Below are positions 59,919 through 64,000 of a DNA stretch of 64,000 nt, in pieces. The notes beneath the pieces are model-generated. The model made no database searches. It was not told where the DNA came from and saw only the letters and a program-made list of their open reading frames with translations. How positions within the stretch are numbered: position 1 is the first letter of the stretch; every line of letters starts with the position of its first letter. Location: the NCBI GenBank assembly GCA_963737265.1, contig CAVTRY010000016.1, forward strand, positions 64,001 to 128,000, in the 5' to 3' direction. The position numbers were made by a program, and so were the translations under genes. This DNA comes from an uncultured delta proteobacterium (lineage in GTDB: Bacteria; Myxococcota_A; Polyangia; Fen-1088).

Positions 59919-60129
59919 GCGTCCGAGATCGCCAGCGTTCGAGCGGATAGCGGACAAGGGCGAGGGTCAGGACGGCGGTTTTGTCGTGAAACCTGGCGGT
60001 TTCGAGCTGTCCAGGGCCAAGAGCGAGGCGGCGGAAGAGTGAGCCTCCATGCGCCGGCACACGCCGGACAGACCTGTTCCTTCTCTGCCGGCGGTCCAGT
60101 CCAATCACCACGAATCGAGACCTGCCCCG

Positions 60130-60460
60130 TCAGGCCGGTGCGTTGAACGGCAAGGCCGGCGGGAAAGCCCCGAGGGGAAACATCTCCCTGATCTCGCGGG
60201 CGCGGTCGCGCAGGCGCAGGGCTCCGGCGCGGAATGCGTCGACGAAGGCACGGTAGCGGATACGGAATTCCTGCTCCGTCGAGTCGTCGCTTGCGTGGAC
60301 GAAAGGTGCCGGGCTGCGATCGGTGGTTGTGGGCTTTGCGTGCGGATCTTGGGCGAGGATGGCGGCGACACCCATGGGAGACCGCCCCTTCTCCTTGTTT
60401 TCGGCCTCGGCCGTGGCCTGGATCTCGCCGACGATGCGGCGGCACTCGGCCTCACCACGT
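60130..60460 (-). mobile_element. C-terminal remnant of a RAYT-like (Y1) transposase
   Basis: MGVAAILAQDPH..RSPAPFVHA..YRAFVDAFR..FPLGAFPPALPF resembles the tail of long myxobacterial/acidobacterial RAYT-like proteins (recalled, not searched); no HUH domain present. Confidence 0.55.
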
Positions 60461-60790
60461 GGGGAGCCGGCCAGCTTTGCTGGCCGCGTACCATCGCGGG
60501 AAGGTTTGGAAACACTCCTAGGGTTTCCAAGTCAGAATCGGTCGGCGGTCAGGTGTTCCAGGCAGGGCAATGGAGTGAGCTCGAACGTCGAAGGTGGTCG
60601 CGAACTGCGACGGGAACACGGTCTCGCCACGCTGGCGGGTAAGAAACTCGGCGCTCCTGTCGAACCAGGTGCCACGCAGAATCTCGCCGGAGTGGCTGCG
60701 GCATGCCGGACTATCGGCAAGGGAAGGCGCAAAGTTGCCCCCGCCGACCTGACCCCGGACAACCTCCGCGTTCTGAAGTAGCATCTCGCC

Positions 60791-63700
60791 GTGCCTGTGG
60801 CGACGACCTCGATCCTGCTGCTCGTGGCGTTGAGCGCTGCTGCCCCGGCACGCCCCGAGAACGAAAGGACTGGCGCCGTCATGGGGCTCGTGGGAGCGGC
60901 CACGGCACCCAATGCCCTGGCCGCCGGCATGGCCGCGGCGCAGACCGCCGTCGATACCGCCAAGATGGCCGTCGCCGCCCTGATGGGAAAAGATCCGGGC
61001 ACGCCCCCGTGTATCGGCGCGATCTTGATGGGCACGCCCACCGTGCTCATCGGCGGCATTCCGCTGCCGCCCATCGAAAACTACGCGCGCGCCTTCTTCA
61101 TGAAGCTGAACGGGCCGCTGGCCAGGGCCCTCCACAGCATCATCGGCAAGGTGCTGGGCAAGGGGCGAGCGGCCAACTTTTTCCACGCCCTGACGTGCCA
61201 CTTCACCGGCCACCCGGTGGACGTGGCCTCTGGGCGCATGCTGACTTCGGAAGAAGAGCTGCGCCTGCCGGGGCCGATTCCCTTCGTGTGGAAGCACCAG
61301 TACGCCACCAGTTGGTCGGAACGCAACGGTCCGCTCGGCTGGGGCTGGAGCCACAGCTACGACATGGCGGTGTGGGGCGAGGCCGGCAAGCTGGTGTACC
61401 AGGCCGAAGACGGCCGCGAGATCGAGTTCGATCGGGAGCCCGAGCCGCGCGACCGCATGCCGTGGCTGAAAGCGAACGAGCGCTGGGATCGCTTCAATCA
61501 CCTGATCCTGCGCGAGCTGCGCGACGGCACGTGGGAGGTCGAGAGCCTGGATGGTCTGGTGCGCGTCTTCGCGCCCATGCAAGGCGACCGCATTCGCCCC
61601 GGCCGGGCGCGCCTGGTATCCATCCGCGACCGCTTCGACCACAAGATGACGTTCGGCTACGACCCCATCGGCAACCTGGCCATCATCGTGGACAGCGCCG
61701 GCCGCACCATCCGCGTGGAAAGCGACCAGGCTGGCCGGGTCGCGCGTGTGCTGGTGCCCGCGCCCGAGGCCGAGGCCGAGGCCTTCGTCGAATACCTGCG
61801 CTACGACTACTCGCCCGAGGGCGACCTTGTGGCCGCCACCGATGTCCTTGGGCGCGCCATGCGCATGGGCTACGAGCGCCACCTCATGGTCAAGGAAACC
61901 AAGCGCGGCGGTTTGTCCTTCCACTTCGCCTACGAAGGCCGCGGCAACGACGCCCGCTGCATAGCGACCTGGGGCGACGGCGGCATCTACAAGCGCAGGC
62001 TCGTCTACGACACCAACAACCACACCACCATCGTCACCGACTCGCGCGGCGCGGACACCATCTACCGGATGAACGCCGACAACGCGGTGGTGTCGGTCAC
62101 CGACGCGTTGGGCGCCGTGACCAAGTACGAATTCGACGACTGTTACAACAAGATCTCCGAAACCGATCCACTCGACCACACCACCAGGTGGGCTTTCGAC
62201 GAGCGGGGCAATTGCACCAAGGTCGTGCATCCCGACGGCGCCGAGATCTCCCTCTTCTACGACGAACGCAATGCCGTGGTTCGCGCCGTCGACGCCATCA
62301 AGGGCGAGTGGCATTGGGAATACGGCCGCAGTGGCCGCTTGCTGGCGCGCATGGATCCCTTAAGACGGGTCAGTCGCTTCGATTGGAAGTCCGAGGCCGA
62401 GCTGATGGGGCAGACCGGGCGGGTCGGTGCCGGCCTCAGCGCGGCCAAGCGCATGGTTGGCTTCACCGATCCGGCCGGTGGACAGACGACGCTGGAATAC
62501 GACCGCCAGGGGTTGCTGGTCGGGATGCGCATGCCGAACGGGGCGCAGACGCGCTGGCGCTACGACCGCCTCGGCCGCTGCATCGAGGCCGTCGATACCA
62601 AGGGCAACCGCGAGCGGCGCGAATTCGATCTTGCCGGCCACATCCTGCGCGTCGACGTCCCCGACGGCAACGTGCGCAAGCTCAGCTACGATGCCGAGGG
62701 CAACGTTATCGCGGTCAAGGACCAGCACTACGACGTGAGGTTCGCCTACCAGGGCATGGGCCGTCTGGCCTCGCGCACGCAAGAAGGCACCACGGTCGCG
62801 TTCGAGTACGACAGCGAGGAATCATTGGTGGCCATCCACAACGAAGCCGGCGCGGTCTATCGCTTCACTCTCGACAAGGCCGGCAACGTCAAGGAAGAGA
62901 GCGGCTTCGACGGACTTCTGCGCAAGTACGGCCGCGACAAGGCCGGGCGCGTGCTGACCGTCGAGCGGCCCGACGAGCGCACGACTGAATACAGCTACGA
63001 CACCGGCGGCCGCGTGGTCGCGGTCAAGTACAGCGACGGCACAGGCGAAGAGTACAGCTACCGCATCGACGGTGCCCTCGTGGAGGCGACCAATGCGGCC
63101 GCCACGGTCAAGTTCGAGCGCGATGTCCTGGGCCGCATCGTAAAGGAAAGTCAGGGGGAAGACACCGTGGAAAGCGCCTTCGACCTGCTCGGCCTGCGCA
63201 GCCGCATGAAGACCAGCAAGGGGCACGTGCTGGAAATCGAGCGCAATCTTGTCGGCGACGTGGTGGGCATGAAGGCCGGCGGCGGCCCGGTGGCACCGGG
63301 TGGCGCGCCCGCCGCGCAGGCCGCCCTGCCGCCTTGGGAAGCCCGCTTCACCCGCGATCAGCTTGGTCTAGAGGTCGAGCGCACCTTGCCCGGCGGCGTG
63401 CGCGCCCGCTGGGAGCGCGACAGCGTCGGCCGCCCCGTCAAGCACGAGATCTGGTCCGGCGGCACCGTGGTGTCCGCCCAGTCCTACACCTGGGAGCCCA
63501 ACGACCGCCTCAAGATGATCATCGATGCCCTCAAGGGCCCCGTGCAGTACCGTCACGATGGCCTGGGCAACCTGATCGGCGCAGCCTACGCCGACGACAA
63601 GATCGACCTGCGCATGCCCGACGCTGTCGGCAACCTGTTCAAGACCCCCGACAAGAAAGACCGCAAGTACGGCCCCGCCGGCCAGCTATTGGAATCGCGG

Positions 63701-64000
63701 GGCGCCGACGGCGTCACGAAGTACGAATACGACCCCGAAGGCAATCTCGCCAAGAAGATCCTGCCCGACGGCGGCGCGTGGAAATACGAGTGGAACGGCG
63801 CCGGCATGCTGGCCAAGGTCATCCGCCCCGACGGCAAGACGGTAGAATTCGGCTACGACGCCCTCGGCCGCCGGGTCTGGAAGAAATACGGCGCCAAGAC
63901 CACCAAGTGGATCTGGGACGGCAACGTGCCCGTGCACGAATGGGTCGAGGTGGATCCGTCCGTGGAAGCACCGCCGTCGCAGCAAGAAGCCGTGGAGTGG
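60791..64000 (+). CDS. Rhs protein copy 3 (partial PAAR-like tail, DUF6531-like domain, YD repeats); runs off the window end
   Basis: In-frame read from GTG 60791: MGTPTVLIGG, GHPVDVASG..GPLGWGWSHSYD, YD repeats matching copies 1 and 2. Absent from the ORF track, presumably because it has no stop codon in the window. Confidence 0.88.
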   Translation, partial: MPVATTSILLLVALSAAAPARPENERTGAVMGLVGAATAPNALAAGMAAAQTAVDTAKMAVAALMGKDPGTPPCIGAILMGTPTVLIGGIPLPPIENYARAFFMKLNGPLARALHSIIGKVLGKGRAANFFHALTCHFTGHPVDVASGRMLTSEEELRLPGPIPFVWKHQYATSWSERNGPLGWGWSHSYDMAVWGEAGKLVYQAEDGREIEFDREPEPRDRMPWLKANERWDRFNHLILRELRDGTWEVESLDGLVRVFAPMQGDRIRPGRARLVSIRDRFDHKMTFGYDPIGNLAIIVDSAGRTIRVESDQAGRVARVLVPAPEAEAEAFVEYLRYDYSPEGDLVAATDVLGRAMRMGYERHLMVKETKRGGLSFHFAYEGRGNDARCIATWGDGGIYKRRLVYDTNNHTTIVTDSRGADTIYRMNADNAVVSVTDALGAVTKYEFDDCYNKISETDPLDHTTRWAFDERGNCTKVVHPDGAEISLFYDERNAVVRAVDAIKGEWHWEYGRSGRLLARMDPLRRVSRFDWKSEAELMGQTGRVGAGLSAAKRMVGFTDPAGGQTTLEYDRQGLLVGMRMPNGAQTRWRYDRLGRCIEAVDTKGNRERREFDLAGHILRVDVPDGNVRKLSYDAEGNVIAVKDQHYDVRFAYQGMGRLASRTQEGTTVAFEYDSEESLVAIHNEAGAVYRFTLDKAGNVKEESGFDGLLRKYGRDKAGRVLTVERPDERTTEYSYDTGGRVVAVKYSDGTGEEYSYRIDGALVEATNAAATVKFERDVLGRIVKESQGEDTVESAFDLLGLRSRMKTSKGHVLEIERNLVGDVVGMKAGGGPVAPGGAPAAQAALPPWEARFTRDQLGLEVERTLPGGVRARWERDSVGRPVKHEIWSGGTVVSAQSYTWEPNDRLKMIIDALKGPVQYRHDGLGNLIGAAYADDKIDLRMPDAVGNLFKTPDKKDRKYGPAGQLLESRGADGVTKYEYDPEGNLAKKILPDGGAWKYEWNGAGMLAKVIRPDGKTVEFGYDALGRRVWKKYGAKTTKWIWDGNVPVHEWVEVDPSVEAPPSQQEAVEW

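Noticed and set aside
1-64000. tRNA, rRNA or riboswitch genes
   Set aside because: None recognised by eye; a covariance-model search would be needed to exclude small RNAs in the larger intergenic gaps.

Overview
High-GC bacterial DNA that appears to be three joined segments. (A) 1-~50620 looks myxobacterial (inferred from gene content). It has a dense signalling island: six histidine kinases, two sigma-54 activators, a REC-EAL protein and a GGDEF protein with the Hypr/cGAMP-type Ser. It also has a tmoABCDE-like soluble di-iron monooxygenase operon with no reductase gene, translationally coupled between two kinases. It ends in a lipid/type II FAS-like cluster (two atypical ACPs, PPTase, KS, CLF-like protein, dehydratase, flavin oxidoreductase, MDR reductase, hydroxylases/desaturases, PAP2). 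That operon includes a tetraether-synthase (Tes/GDGT-MAS, MJ0619-family)-like radical SAM enzyme, which is the best candidate for an undescribed system. (B) ~50620-53510 is a compositionally different piece with genes cut at both ends: a DUF2723-like membrane protein, an rlmD interrupted by a heptamer-repeat hairpin, and a CBS-domain tail. (C) 53511-64000 is an Rhs polymorphic-toxin array with three Rhs copies, three allelic tips of one unassigned toxin domain, three homologous immunity genes, REP-like repeat clusters and a transposase remnant at module boundaries. All family assignments are by-eye motif recognition; no database searches were run.
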